A DNA stretch of 64,000 nt. It comes from Perkinsela sp. CCAP 1560/9 (Eukaryota > Protista > Euglenozoa: Kinetoplastea). The notes below the pieces were generated by a model. It did not search any database and was not told the DNA's origin. It saw only the letters and a list, made by a program, of their open reading frames with translations. Made by a program: the position numbers and the translations under genes. Positions 11,701 to 22,879 of the stretch are shown here, piece after piece (position 1 is the stretch's first letter; each line of letters starts with the position of its first letter). The stretch lies in the NCBI GenBank assembly GCA_965644495.1, contig CBFFSA010000009.1, positions 1-64,000 on the forward strand, written 5' to 3'.

Positions 11701-12397
11701 TTTTGACACATCAGATTGCTTTACAAACCGGGAGATACCATTCCAATTTTGTGGTATTTTGCCAAAGGCGCCATTAGTATCTCCCTCGCCCACTTTAACC
11801 TGGGTTACATTACTCCTTACAGCACTCTCTAGTACTTCTTACAGCTTCCCACGCGAGGAAGTCGTCGTCACCACGGGAAAAAGACAAAAGGCTCCGCCTT
11901 CTGCCTTTTTCTTCTCCTTCCTCTGCGGCCTTCCTCTGCGGCTTCCAGTTGAATTTTGGCCTTTACGCGTATATCAGGTCCCAAACTCTCACGAAACGGC
12001 CTGGGAGTTGATTTGGGATTTTTTTAAACTTCTCCCATAATTTTTCAGTTTTTTAGCACAGAAAAACAAGGTCTGGGTTCATTGGCCTGACAGGCCCTTC
12101 CGTGCGTTTCGGCCTCTCATATTCGCCAATACAACTACCACCTTCCCGCAATTTATCAGGGGTCGCTCACGACCCCTGCTACAGAAGGTGGTAGCTGTGG
12201 GGTATGGAGGCCTCTCGCAACTCCATGAGCAGAAACAATTGTTCATGTTATTTTTAAACCACTTTTATTGCGGTGGTGGTTTAAAAAATTACCCCTCAAC
12301 TAGTTCGACCGCCCGTCAAGAAGCACTAAAAAGACTCACTTTGTTAAGCTTGCAGTGCACCATCATTCACTCTTTTTGTATTTATTTTAGTTTTTGT

Positions 12398-13219
12398 ATG
12401 CTGCTGACTGCACGTTTACGCGACACTTTGGAGTCCCCCGTGAAGCGTCGAAAAATTATGCCTTTAGTCAATTCTGCTGTACGTCAAGAAATTGCACAAG
12501 TAACGCCCATACGCGGAGCACGTGGAGGAAGAGTGAGCATGAATCTCCCACAAGAATACGAACTTGCACAACTTGTTCGCAATGTTGGAAATCCGCATTC
12601 CTCGTGGAATACACCAACCCCGGCTTGCGAGTGGGACGGCGTGATTTGTAATAAAGCGAATGAGACTACGGTTATAAATTGGAACGGATTTTCAAATAAG
12701 TCATACAAACAACTCACAGGCTCGTTGAATTTTGGTTATCTCCCAAAGACCGTACACAAGTTCCATGTTTTTATTACCAAAGTTTCAGGCGAAGTGCCAC
12801 TGAACGTTTTGTCTTGCAAGTTGGTTTCTTTAGGTCTTCGGGACAATGAGCTTAGTGGACCATTGGACTTAACAGCTCTCCCTCCGAATATGCGCGATCT
12901 GGACCTCTCTGCTAACCGATTTACCGGTGAAATTTGCTTAACCGAATTACCTTCAGACTTGCAATATCTCTCTCTCGACCGTAATCAGCTATCAGGAAAA
13001 GTGTGTTTGCGTGATCTCCCAAACTTATGCCGCCTTCGACTATACACAAATAGGTTTTCCGGCAAAATTGACGTAAGAAGCCTTCCAAGTACATTGCACC
13101 AGCTCGATTTGTCAAATAACGTAAAGCTGCATGGCGAGATCGAAAAGCGTTTGCTTCCCGACAAGGTTGGGTTTTATCTTAACATTAGAAACACGAAAAT
13201 TGCACTTGTGTCACCGTAG
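12398..13219 (+). CDS. LRR protein (paralog 3) with NLS-like SPVKRRKI
   Basis: ORF 12188..13219; likely ATG 12398 after a T-rich tract and AG; LPQEYEL..TPACEWDGVIC cap plus LRRs. Confidence 0.9.
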   Translation: MLLTARLRDTLESPVKRRKIMPLVNSAVRQEIAQVTPIRGARGGRVSMNLPQEYELAQLVRNVGNPHSSWNTPTPACEWDGVICNKANETTVINWNGFSNKSYKQLTGSLNFGYLPKTVHKFHVFITKVSGEVPLNVLSCKLVSLGLRDNELSGPLDLTALPPNMRDLDLSANRFTGEICLTELPSDLQYLSLDRNQLSGKVCLRDLPNLCRLRLYTNRFSGKIDVRSLPSTLHQLDLSNNVKLHGEIEKRLLPDKVGFYLNIRNTKIALVSP

Positions 13220-13592
13220 TGTTGTGAGACCGTATGAAAGATAGACGAAATGATTTGAAATCTTTGAATAGTTCTTTGAATAGTTGTTCACGATTAGGCT
13301 ATTTGTGCATTAAAAGATAGAGTTCCATCTAGTTAGGCTAGTAATTATGCCGAGATTTTAAAAACGGTAAAAACATTTCTTTGGGGAAAGTAGATCAGAT
13401 CATTTTATCATAGTTGAAATCGAATGCTGGGGTCTAAAGCTTGAAATATTTTCCAAATTTCGGAAAATATTAGCGCATTGAAGATCTCTCTGATTACTGT
13501 GCCTATAAAATCCTTTTAAACCTTAATTCTATACACTTAATTCTTTTGCTGTTGAAGCATATCCCTTGTATTTTCGCTTTTACAACTACAGT

Positions 13593-14237
13593 ATGTCAGA
13601 AAGTGTGGCGCATCGAGTTCGTAGTGCAGGTTTACCACAGGAGTACTCTCTTGCTCTTTTCATTAATGACATTCCGATCCCTAGAAAATCATGGTCCACG
13701 CACATGCCTGCATGTGACTGGGAGGGTGTGACTTGTGATGAAACGCATAATGTAGTAGAGCTAGAATGGAAAGGATTCGGACTTTCTGGCGCCTTCCAGT
13801 GGTCTAGTTTGCCGAATTCATTATTACTCTTGAATTTGAGCTCCGCCTACAATAGAGATGTCGACGGACTCTACAAGTACAAAAAAGGCGAGATTCCTTA
13901 CGTTAGGTTTTCGTTATTACCACGAGCTCTATTAGAGTTACTGCTTATTGATCTGGGTATCAGTGGGTCCCTTGAAGTGAATGACCTTCCTCCTACGCTG
14001 CGCGTGTTAGACCTCAGCGAGAACAACCTACAAGGCAGTGTAAATTTTACTGGTCTTCCAGGAACCATGGGTTCGATCCGTTTGAATGACAATCCTATTG
14101 AAGGTGTTCCTGATTTTTCGAAACTTCCGCACAGCTTACACACACTCACGCTCTATAACACAAAAGTAACGTTTCCTATGGGAGAGATCCCTTCTTGTGT
14201 TGAAGTGTGGGATCCTGCAGAATCTCCCTTCCCTTGA
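13593..14237 (+). CDS. LRR protein (paralog 4)
   Basis: ATG 13593 after pyrimidine tract and AG; LPQEYSL..MPACDWEGVTC cap plus LRRs. Confidence 0.88.
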   Translation: MSESVAHRVRSAGLPQEYSLALFINDIPIPRKSWSTHMPACDWEGVTCDETHNVVELEWKGFGLSGAFQWSSLPNSLLLLNLSSAYNRDVDGLYKYKKGEIPYVRFSLLPRALLELLLIDLGISGSLEVNDLPPTLRVLDLSENNLQGSVNFTGLPGTMGSIRLNDNPIEGVPDFSKLPHSLHTLTLYNTKVTFPMGEIPSCVEVWDPAESPFP

Positions 14238-14519
14238 TCGGTAGCAGATTCCGTAAAGTCCAGAATGCTAACAATAAATTGCTAATTTGTTTGATTGTTT
14301 TCGAATAGATCCTGGTGCTATAGGAGCGCTTGGGTGAATGAAATGGCATTATAGTGGTGGCGATAAAGAATCCCATTTTCACGGAATCTGGAAACACGCT
14401 TCTGGCCAATGAAAAATGGGGACGTCTTAAAAGATAAAATTGGGGAGTATCCCTGTGAAATGGATATTACATTTATATACATGTGTATGTACATATACAT
14501 ACAAAGATATATACAAAGT

Positions 14520-14548
14520 AAAGATACAGTTTCTGTACCTTGTTGGTA
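14520..14548 (+). other. Spliced-leader (mini-exon) relic
   Basis: AAAGATACAGTTTCTGTACCTTGTTG|GTA versus the conserved kinetoplastid SL 3' part GATACAGTTTCTGTACT(T/A)TATTG|GTA. Confidence 0.75.
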
Positions 14549-15081
14549 CTTTTTCCTTAGTTAATCCTTTCTTTCCCCGGCAACGGGCATACTCTTACTG
14601 TATTTTTATGCCCGTTGCCGGCCGGCACTAAGGTCGGAACTGTCCCTCTTGTCGCTGAAGCAGGGGACGCGCTTTCACCCCTTCACGCCTCCCCGACTCA
14701 CTCCCCTGGAGTGAGTGTGCTTCCCCCTCTCGGCTTTTTTCGACTTGTCTTTTTCCTCTCCGAGAGGGCCATGCGTCACGGTGGCCTCCCTTGAGGACCA
14801 CTAGACGTGTCCTCCGCCGACGAGTCTCGGTTCTCTGCACCTGGCGGTCGCCCAGCTCTCCGCACCCCGGCTTTGTCGCAGCTCTCTGCACCCGGATTGC
14901 CCCCGAAACTCTAATATGGGGATTACGCATCCGGCTCTCTGCACCTGCACATGACAACCGAGCTCTCTGCACCTGGGACCCCAGCTCTCCGCACCCGCAC
15001 ACCTCCGGCGAGGACGAAACCTCACATGATCCACCCGTCGTATGCGGGAAAGGACTTTGTGAGCATAATCTCTGCACTATA

Positions 15082-16022
15082 CAGGGGTGCGAATCTAAAG
15101 GTGGGGGGGGTCTAAAATTCGTAAAAGTTGTCCAATTTTGGAAAATAATAGCGCATTGGATAGCTCTCACAGAGTTGTATGTTTTAGGACAGGTAGCTTC
15201 CGGGGTTTGGGGGGTACCCCCCTTTCATGTAAGGGTCAAAAACACATATTGCAATACTTTAGTGGTGTCAATAATTTCTGTAATTTGGATTGCAAAAGAC
15301 AATTAGTAACCACAGTGCCCCCCGTTCCGACTAATAACAATTTCACAACGCTTCCTGAAACTCTTCAACGTTTTCTGAACCGTTGCAGAGTGGGTCTGTT
15401 CCAATTTAAGGAAAGACCCCTCAATAGCGGCTTCCAGTTGCTGTCGATTTCGGGGTCCAAGAAGATTTTTGTCTGTGTCCATCACAGACCAGAAGATCGC
15501 TCCAGCTCTCTACGCCGTAAACAAGGTTATACCCCTCGTCGACAAGCTTAAGAGCCACATCCAGGAACGCAGGGGCAACCACCGTCGAAACACGCTCTCG
15601 GGATGCCGTTAACACGTCACCCGTAAGGGTAAAACGTTCAACCCAACGTTTTACAGTGTTCTCATGAACGCTAAAGTGCTGTGCCGTAGCGGAGTACGAT
15701 CCTGTGCGCTCGTATTCCGCCACCAAAAGCATGCGGTGGCTCTCTTTGACGGGGGCGGGGGAAGAATACGATCTATCGCTCAGTACTCCACGGGAAGTCC
15801 TCGAGCGAGCGCGCTTTTGGGGCATTTTCTAGTAAAAAATGTAATTTCTGCAAGGGAAAAAAGCGAAATATGGTATCAAAAAATATGTACGTTAAAATCG
15901 CAGGATTTTAATGCGCCTAAAACATACAACTCTGTGAGAGCTATCCAATGCGCTATTATTTTCCAAAATTCGACAACTTTTACGAATTTTAGACCCCCCC
16001 CACCTTTAGACCCGCACCCCTG
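15082..16022 (-). mobile_element. Internally deleted Tc1-like element of the same family
   Basis: TIRs CAGGGGTGCG, TA flanks; N-terminal MPQKRARSR (15421..15825) joined to C-terminal GHCGY (15303..15485), catalytic core missing. Confidence 0.9.
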
Positions 16023-16055
16023 TAAGTGCATGATAATACAATGTAAATACATGCA

Positions 16056-17480
16056 CAGGGGGGATCAGCTAATGCTGGGGGGGTCTCAAATTTGCAAATG
16101 TTTCGTCAATTTTGGAAATTAATAGCGCATTCGAGAGCTCTTACACAACCCTCCTGTGAAGGATATATTGTTTCCCGGATAAATACCATTTTTTGTAAAA
16201 TGGTAGGTGGCTCAAAAACGTCAATTGCAAGTTTTTCTAGAAATTTGCAAAAAAGTGAAATGACAAACCTAGTACCCACAGTGCCCCCCTTCCCTCTCTA
16301 TAACAATACGTATTCTGTTTGGCACACTCTTTAGAGTGCGTTCCACGAAACCGACTTCATTAAGCAGCTCATTCTAAGAAGCTGGGATGGATTCTTTTAA
16401 GAATTCACGGTTCAGTAAGTATTTTATGGCATCTATCGTTGACCATAAATTCTCAATAGGTGTCACGTCTGGAGATTTGGGCGCCAATCCAGCATTTTGA
16501 TCCCGCTCTCCCTAAAATGAGGACGTGTTGTTTTGTGGACAGTCGCGTTGTCCATCACAACAACAGCTGCAGGATGGCGCCTAAGAAAATAAAAAAAATC
16601 ATTCCCTTTCAGAGATGAATCTTCTTCGAAAATGTGGACGAACCCCCCATACTTGTCGATGTCGCTTTCGCGATCAATAAACATTCGATTCCCGCGGCAA
16701 CCGCACCGAAAGAACTTCTCATGACACCAAATGATGTGAGCAGCTCTTGTTGAGTCCAAGTTACCAACTCTTTGGCGAAGTCTAAACGTTTGAGTTTATG
16801 CCTCGCCGAGAGAAAGGGTTTTTTACTGAACGTACGGGCGGCAAGACCATGTAGCATGTTGTTGTTGTCGTCACGTCATGTTCCCTTAGAGCTGGTTGCG
16901 AGCACTGGAACCCCGCCTTGTGAACATCTCTGAGAATGAAATTCCAGGATGGGCATGAATGGTCAAGATTTTCGTAAACTTGCAAGGCTGTTTACAGCAA
17001 AGCATCTGTATGTACGGTGCGAGGTCTCTTCTCTCGTACGTTTTGAACATCACCCGTCGTCTTGTGCCGTTCTTGACAGTGTCTTCACGCACACTAAAAT
17101 TACGAGAAGTTTCGGAAAACGAGCCCGTTTTCTAATCATCAACTAACAACATTCTATGAGTTAGTTTTGTATGCCCTGGGGGTGAGCAACGGCTCTCAGA
17201 TAAATTCCCGGGAAAAGAACGTGAAGGTACTCGTCTTTGAGGCATGAATGATGAATAAAAGGGGGAAAACCGGAGAAAACCCATAAAAAGGCGAAAAAAA
17301 TGCAAAAAATGCAAGTCGAGAAAACGCATTTTTACTCTAAAATGCGTCGTGTGTAAAAGCACGGGAAACGATATATGCTCCACAGGAGGGTGATGTGAGA
17401 GCTCTCAAATGCGCTAATAATTTCCAAAATTGGCCAAGTTTTACAAATTTGAGACCCCCAGCATTAGCTGGTCCCCCTTG
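16056..17480 (-). mobile_element. Decayed Tc1-like element
   Basis: TIRs CAGGGGGGATCAGCTAATGCTGGGGG; frameshifted pieces MPQRRVPSRS, KPFLS..H...R, VVMDNATVH. Confidence 0.85.
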
Positions 17481-18080
17481 TACATAAGGACATGTATAAG
17501 TGGAAGCCACAGCAATAACAAATGCTATTCGCTGCGCTCATGACAATGATTTTCAATTAGTTGTAATAGCTAATAATAATGCGGCTGCGTGCCACTCTTT
17601 TGTGAAAGGATATTCCCCGTTAGATACACCGGATCACACAGTAAAAGGGTGTGAGGGTTTCAAAGGAAAGCTAAATTAGCTATATACTAGACTAGTATAT
17701 AGCTCTAGTATTTAGCATTAGCCTAATGCTCGGTGACATACCCAGCGAAGATAACATGGCTGATGTTGGGACGCGACCAGAGAAAGTGTACACTGAATCA
17801 GAATACAACTATAGAAAGCTACAGTCGTGGAATCGACTCTGCCGCACGTGAGACCATTACAAAAGGTTTGGTACGACATTCGCCAGCCGTGAAGAATGAA
17901 TTGAACCATTAAATGATTTAATAGTTTAAAAATGCTCGTAGATTCTGCATATTCATTAATCTTATCCCCGCTACTAACTTACGTACTAAATAATACGTAT
18001 GTAAAACAAAACTAAAAAACACACACGCAACGTACGCTCTCTACCTTTAGAAATTACATGTATAATATTCATACTATTTA

Positions 18081-18230
18081 CTATCCCCACCTATCCTAGC
18101 GTTGCCTCGGTACCCCCCTCATTAGCGTTGCTTTTTAGACTGTCTCTTGTCGCGAAGCGGCGATTTTTTTGACCCCCTCCTAGCGTTGCTTTTTCCGAAA
18201 ACCAGGCAAAGCTAGAATAGGGGGCGATAG
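18081..18230. mobile_element. Small MITE
   Basis: TACTATC..CCTAT.CTAGC inverted ends, internal TAGCGTTGC repeats. Confidence 0.55.
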
Positions 18231-18282
18231 TATGAATTTGGTAAAAATGCTAGGCTCGTGCTTGATCAGGAACTTGTTTACA

Positions 18283-19782
18283 CTATTTCAAAGTTAGTCT
18301 TTTTAAAACATTGATTATTGCTATGCTTTGTTCTATGCTTTCGGCGGATGTAACGGAACCGTTAAGGAAGGAAGCCCACAGTGAAACGAATTCTTCCGAC
18401 ACGACGCTTTCAACGAGCAGTTCTAATGTGACTGGAACATCTCGTCCATCCAAAGTCAGTGCCGTGTCGTTACCTGTGGAGTACGATTTGATGAGACTCG
18501 TAGAAAACCCTCCACGCTCGTGGTCCACCGATACCCCGGGATGTAGATGGGATCGAGTCAGATGTAACGACAAGGGCGACGTGATTTGGATAACCTGGGG
18601 TCACATGATGGGCTCTAGCGAGAAACTACAAGGCCAGTTCAATGTAAAATATTTGCCGTACGAATTGGAAATTTTACGGCTAACGTTCAATTCTCTATCG
18701 GGTGAGTTTCCCTTTGATCAGTTGCCTCCGAAATTGAAAGACATTAACATATCCAACAACCAGTTCACGGGCACTCCAGATTTTCGTCACCTGCCACCCT
18801 TTCTAGTCTATCTTAATATGTGTGACAATAAATTGTCTGGTCATATTGAATTCGATTTCGTGCACGAAAACTTGCGTGACATGAGCTTAGCTTTTAATGC
18901 AGAACTTGAAGGCTTCCTAAAAATCAGAGACGAGTTAAAGAATCTGTATTATACTGTAGCGCGAACAAAGATTACGGTAAGCAATGGTGAGATGACACGG
19001 CACAGACCGAGCCGGGCCGCTTGTGGAATACGTGGACGATGGTGAGTTAGTACCTGTAATGGGAAACACGACGAACCTCAGCATACAAAAAATAATTGAC
19101 AAATAAATAGTTGATGTTGCGCTGGGATATAATTCAAATTGGGAGTTAAATATTATAGAATTAGACGGCCTAATTTATATACTATAGTGTTAGTGTGAAT
19201 AATATAGTGTTCGGAGAATTTTGTTTCTGAGAATGTTGTACAGTTACTATTTTGTCAGGGCGCGCAATAACATCTACTCTAGTATACGGATATTTTCTGG
19301 TTTTTTTTCATGCTTTGCCTCATACTTTTTAGGACCATTAGAGCTACACATTTTCCCCACACTTAAATTTGACTTGTATTATTCCAACGCGCGATATTTT
19401 GTTCTTTCCCATACAGTAATAGTCAGCACCATAAGCTTAAAATATCGGCGTGCTAGCTGCTTCGTTAAAAAGCGGTGGTTGTTGTTAAACGGGGCTTCGC
19501 AAATTGCTTCCCACTAACGACGTCGCGTATGACTCAGGCCCGCTCACGCTGGCCCTCGCCATACCACCCCCTTGGGCTTCGCAAATTGCATCCCACTACC
19601 GACGTTCGTGCTGCATGTTTTTTCTGCAAAAACTACGAGTAGCAGGACTCTTTATATTTTCACCGTTTTTTGGTCACTTTTTTTTCAATAATCGAGGGTA
19701 GAGCGGTAGTTATACAACCACCGCAATTAATAATTATTGTCATAAAAACCATTACAGCAGTTATGCACTGCTTACAGGTTTC
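18283..19782 (+). repeat. Segmental duplicate of 8022-9521 (LRR gene, 3' flank and a mini family-H element); extra partial copy at 19985-20228
   Basis: Direct alignment by eye. Confidence 0.93.
18323..19045 (+). CDS. LRR protein (paralog 5), recent duplicate of paralog 2
   Basis: ORF 18311..19045; near-identical to 8050..8784 except clustered changes. Confidence 0.88.
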   Translation: MLCSMLSADVTEPLRKEAHSETNSSDTTLSTSSSNVTGTSRPSKVSAVSLPVEYDLMRLVENPPRSWSTDTPGCRWDRVRCNDKGDVIWITWGHMMGSSEKLQGQFNVKYLPYELEILRLTFNSLSGEFPFDQLPPKLKDINISNNQFTGTPDFRHLPPFLVYLNMCDNKLSGHIEFDFVHENLRDMSLAFNAELEGFLKIRDELKNLYYTVARTKITVSNGEMTRHRPSRAACGIRGRW

Positions 19783-20404
19783 CGTACAGTGTAGTGTTAA
19801 TTTATATATTATGGTGTTATTCATAAATAGTAGTTACATACTAATATATGATAGTATTCACATATTCAGAAAATTAGTAATGCAAACGTTTGAACGGCGG
19901 CCACTCATGTATTGGCCACTTTGCTCTTGCATAACTTCCGCATGCCACCTTTTCTTCATCATCCTTTTCATTGGAATAAATTATTGTTCGGAGAATATTT
20001 TTTTCTGAGAATGTTTTACAGTTACTATTTTGTCAGGGCGCGCAATAACATCTACTCTGATATTTATACGGATATTTTCTGTTTTTTTTTCCATGCTTTG
20101 TCTCATACTTTTTAGGACCATTAGAGCTACACTTTTTCCCCACACTTGAATTTAACTTGTATTATTCCAACGCGCGATATTTTGTTCTTTCCCATACAGT
20201 AATAGTCAACTTGCATAAGCTTAAAATATAATAATGACTAGTACAGCGATAATTTTCCTTATATTTTAAGAAATTTTGTTAATCCGTCAGGGCCCGCGAA
20301 AACTTTTTAAAAACTCAAAAGAAAGCTTTTTCAGATCGTTGAAAGTGCCATAGCTGCAGGATTATTAATAATTCAGTTCGGTAATAATAATAATTATTAA
20401 TAGG

Positions 20405-22054
20405 TTTTAGGCTCTTCGTTAAACGCGGTGTTAGTTTTCAACTTCGAAGTCACTCGCTGCGCTCTTCGCATTGAAAACTACCACCACGTTTAAAGAAGAG
20501 CCTAAAAAAGAAGATTTGGCCTGGAAAGCTGAAGAAAACAGAAAGACTGTAGCCAAAAACAGCCGATTTTCGGGTAAAAATGGGGTGATTTTTGCGTATT
20601 TTTGCTCTCAGAGCACTAAATCCGACATTTTCGTGTGGGAAATCACTCGTAAGCATGAATCAAACCCTACTGAACTCTCAAAATACAATAGGGGAAACGA
20701 TTTTGAAAAAATATTTTTTTCGTCATTTTTTTCGCCAAGTTGAAATTTTTTGCAATTTTTTTTTCTGAAAACATCCGAACTTGGCGGATCCGTCCTGAGG
20801 ATACGCGGGGGGGTCACCCCCGGGTAGCGGGGTGGAAAATACGCCCCAAGACCCGGGCTACCGCTTCTGCGTTTTTTTTTTCGAAAACTAATTTTTTCAA
20901 AAAAAAATTCGTGCGGTATGCCCCCCCTTAGACCCCCCCCATGGACCCCCGCCTAGACCCCCATTTTTTTCAATTTTTTTAATTTTGGACCACCGGAGCC
21001 CCCTTTTATAAATTTTTCTTCTATTATAAACCCCCGCTCACGAAAAGTGACCCCCCTCTTTTTTTTCGTACAAATGTCCGTTTGAGCTGTTTTTTGTTGC
21101 ATTTTGCAGATCTCAACACAAGGACTTTGCGCGTGCAGAAATGAGACAAAAAGAAACGAATACGCACAATTTAGAGAAGAATTACCATTTTGTCACTTTT
21201 TCGCCCTTCAATCTTATACACTCCTTAAGTCGAGAATCAAAACTTAATACTGTTTTGTCGATCACTTTTCGAGTTAAAGAAGACCATGCTTTACGTACAC
21301 ATCGGATAAGTGAAGGTTTGTCCGATGGGGTTTGTTCGTCTACCGCCTCTTGGACCATAGACCAGACGTTTTCTATGGGGGAAAGGTCGAGCGAGTTGGG
21401 GGGCCAGTTTCTTAGAACATCACTCATTCAATTCTCAATATACTCTTTGGAGGCACGGGCAGTATGTGCCGTTGCCCCATCCTGTTGAAATACACTATTA
21501 GGGGGGAAATCTACCTGTTTTAATGTTTCTATGTACGTCTCACTTGTAATAGATGTGTCATTGTAGATGTCTCACTTGTAATAGATGGTCACAGGACTCA
21601 AAGTGTATTCCCCGCTAGATTTTTTTTCGTTCAGATATTTTTTGATTATCCTTCTAGAGACGTTAAAATCACGGGATAATTGTTTTATCGGAACACCTTC
21701 TGCCTGTCTCATCTTCAAAAGAACCTTACCACTATCCCTAAGCCCCCCTTTTGGGAGCCGATATGGTGATTTGGTCATTTTTGGGAAAAAAAGTTGAAAA
21801 ACCAATTATGTTTTTTGACTAAATTTTAAAATTTTAAAATGAGCTAAAAACAGCGGGAACGTACAGATCTCGAAATTTTGAACGAAAAAGTGATATGATC
21901 ACCCACCGACGCCCCCCCTGTGCTAAAAATAAGGGGGGGTCACTTATTCGTGAGCGGGGGTTTATTACTGTGTTCCTCTTTATATTTTCACTGTTTTTGT
22001 TCACTTTTTTTTCAATAATCGAGGGTACAGCGGTAGTTATACAACCACCGCAAT
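20405..22054 (+). mobile_element. Family H element, internally deleted, interrupted by a Tc1 derivative
   Basis: 5' palindrome and 3' GCGGTAGTT..AACCACCGCAAT present. Confidence 0.85.
21029..21962 (-). mobile_element. Tc1-like deletion derivative inserted into a hairpin-ended element
   Basis: TIR AACCCCCGCTCACGAA..GTGACCCCCC, TA TSD; empty site TTCTATTATATTACTGTG is seen in other copies of the host repeat; WPPNSLDLSPIENVW fragment. Confidence 0.88.
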
Positions 22055-22879
22055 TATTAATATATTATTACTGTCCCCTCCATAAGTAATTATAAGTATA
22101 AATTATAAGTTTTTTGAACTTATAATTATAATTGTAGTTATTAAGTATAATTATAGTTATGCTGTCACCCCCCCCCCCCTTTATACTTCCGCCGGTTTCA
22201 GTACTTTTGGAAGTACTGAAGGGGGGAACCTGACTTTCGGAAGTATAAAGGGGGGGGGGGGGGCTGAATTTTTGTTTTTTGAAAAATGGACGAAAAAAAA
22301 TATTTTTTTGTTTCGCGGCGCTCGTCGTATAGAGCAAACCCAATCTTCTAATCTCAAAAAAGTCGGAGGGCTGAGATGTTCGCAGTGGAAGGATTCTCGC
22401 ATTTACAGAAACGGTATCTTTATTTACTTGCACAAAGTGCCATGGATCTTTCGCTTTAATATATCCAATCCTCGCGCAACGTACTTCAAAAACAGCACAA
22501 TACATTTTGTTCACTACATAAAGAGCACAGCTTAATTGCAGAAATAAGATGGTAGAGAAGTTATGAGAGCACAAGTTTTTTTTTGAAGAGCAACGAGTAC
22601 AGAATATAAACTGAATATTCGAGAATTAAAAAGATGTTAGCACAAACAAGAAAAACACGTGGGCGGTAAGCATAAAACCATACCGCATGAGCAATATCCT
22701 TTTAACATATTTTGTTAAAGTTTTTAACAAAACTATTGTTTTCGAGGAAAGCATTCTTTAGAAATTTGCTTGCGAGTGATCACAATGCTTTTCGTCTCAC
22801 GCAACGCATTATTTAGATTGTTGATGACATGCAGGGCACAATCTTTGTTGCCGGGTTCCTGTTGTAGACAACCAACATA

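Noticed and set aside
14520-14650. Functional SL RNA gene
   Set aside because: It lacks the 5' AACTAA-type start, a recognisable SL intron with Sm site, and tandem array context.
14828-15000. CRISPR-like array
   Set aside because: Repeats are only ~12 bp, spacing is irregular, and there are no cas genes.
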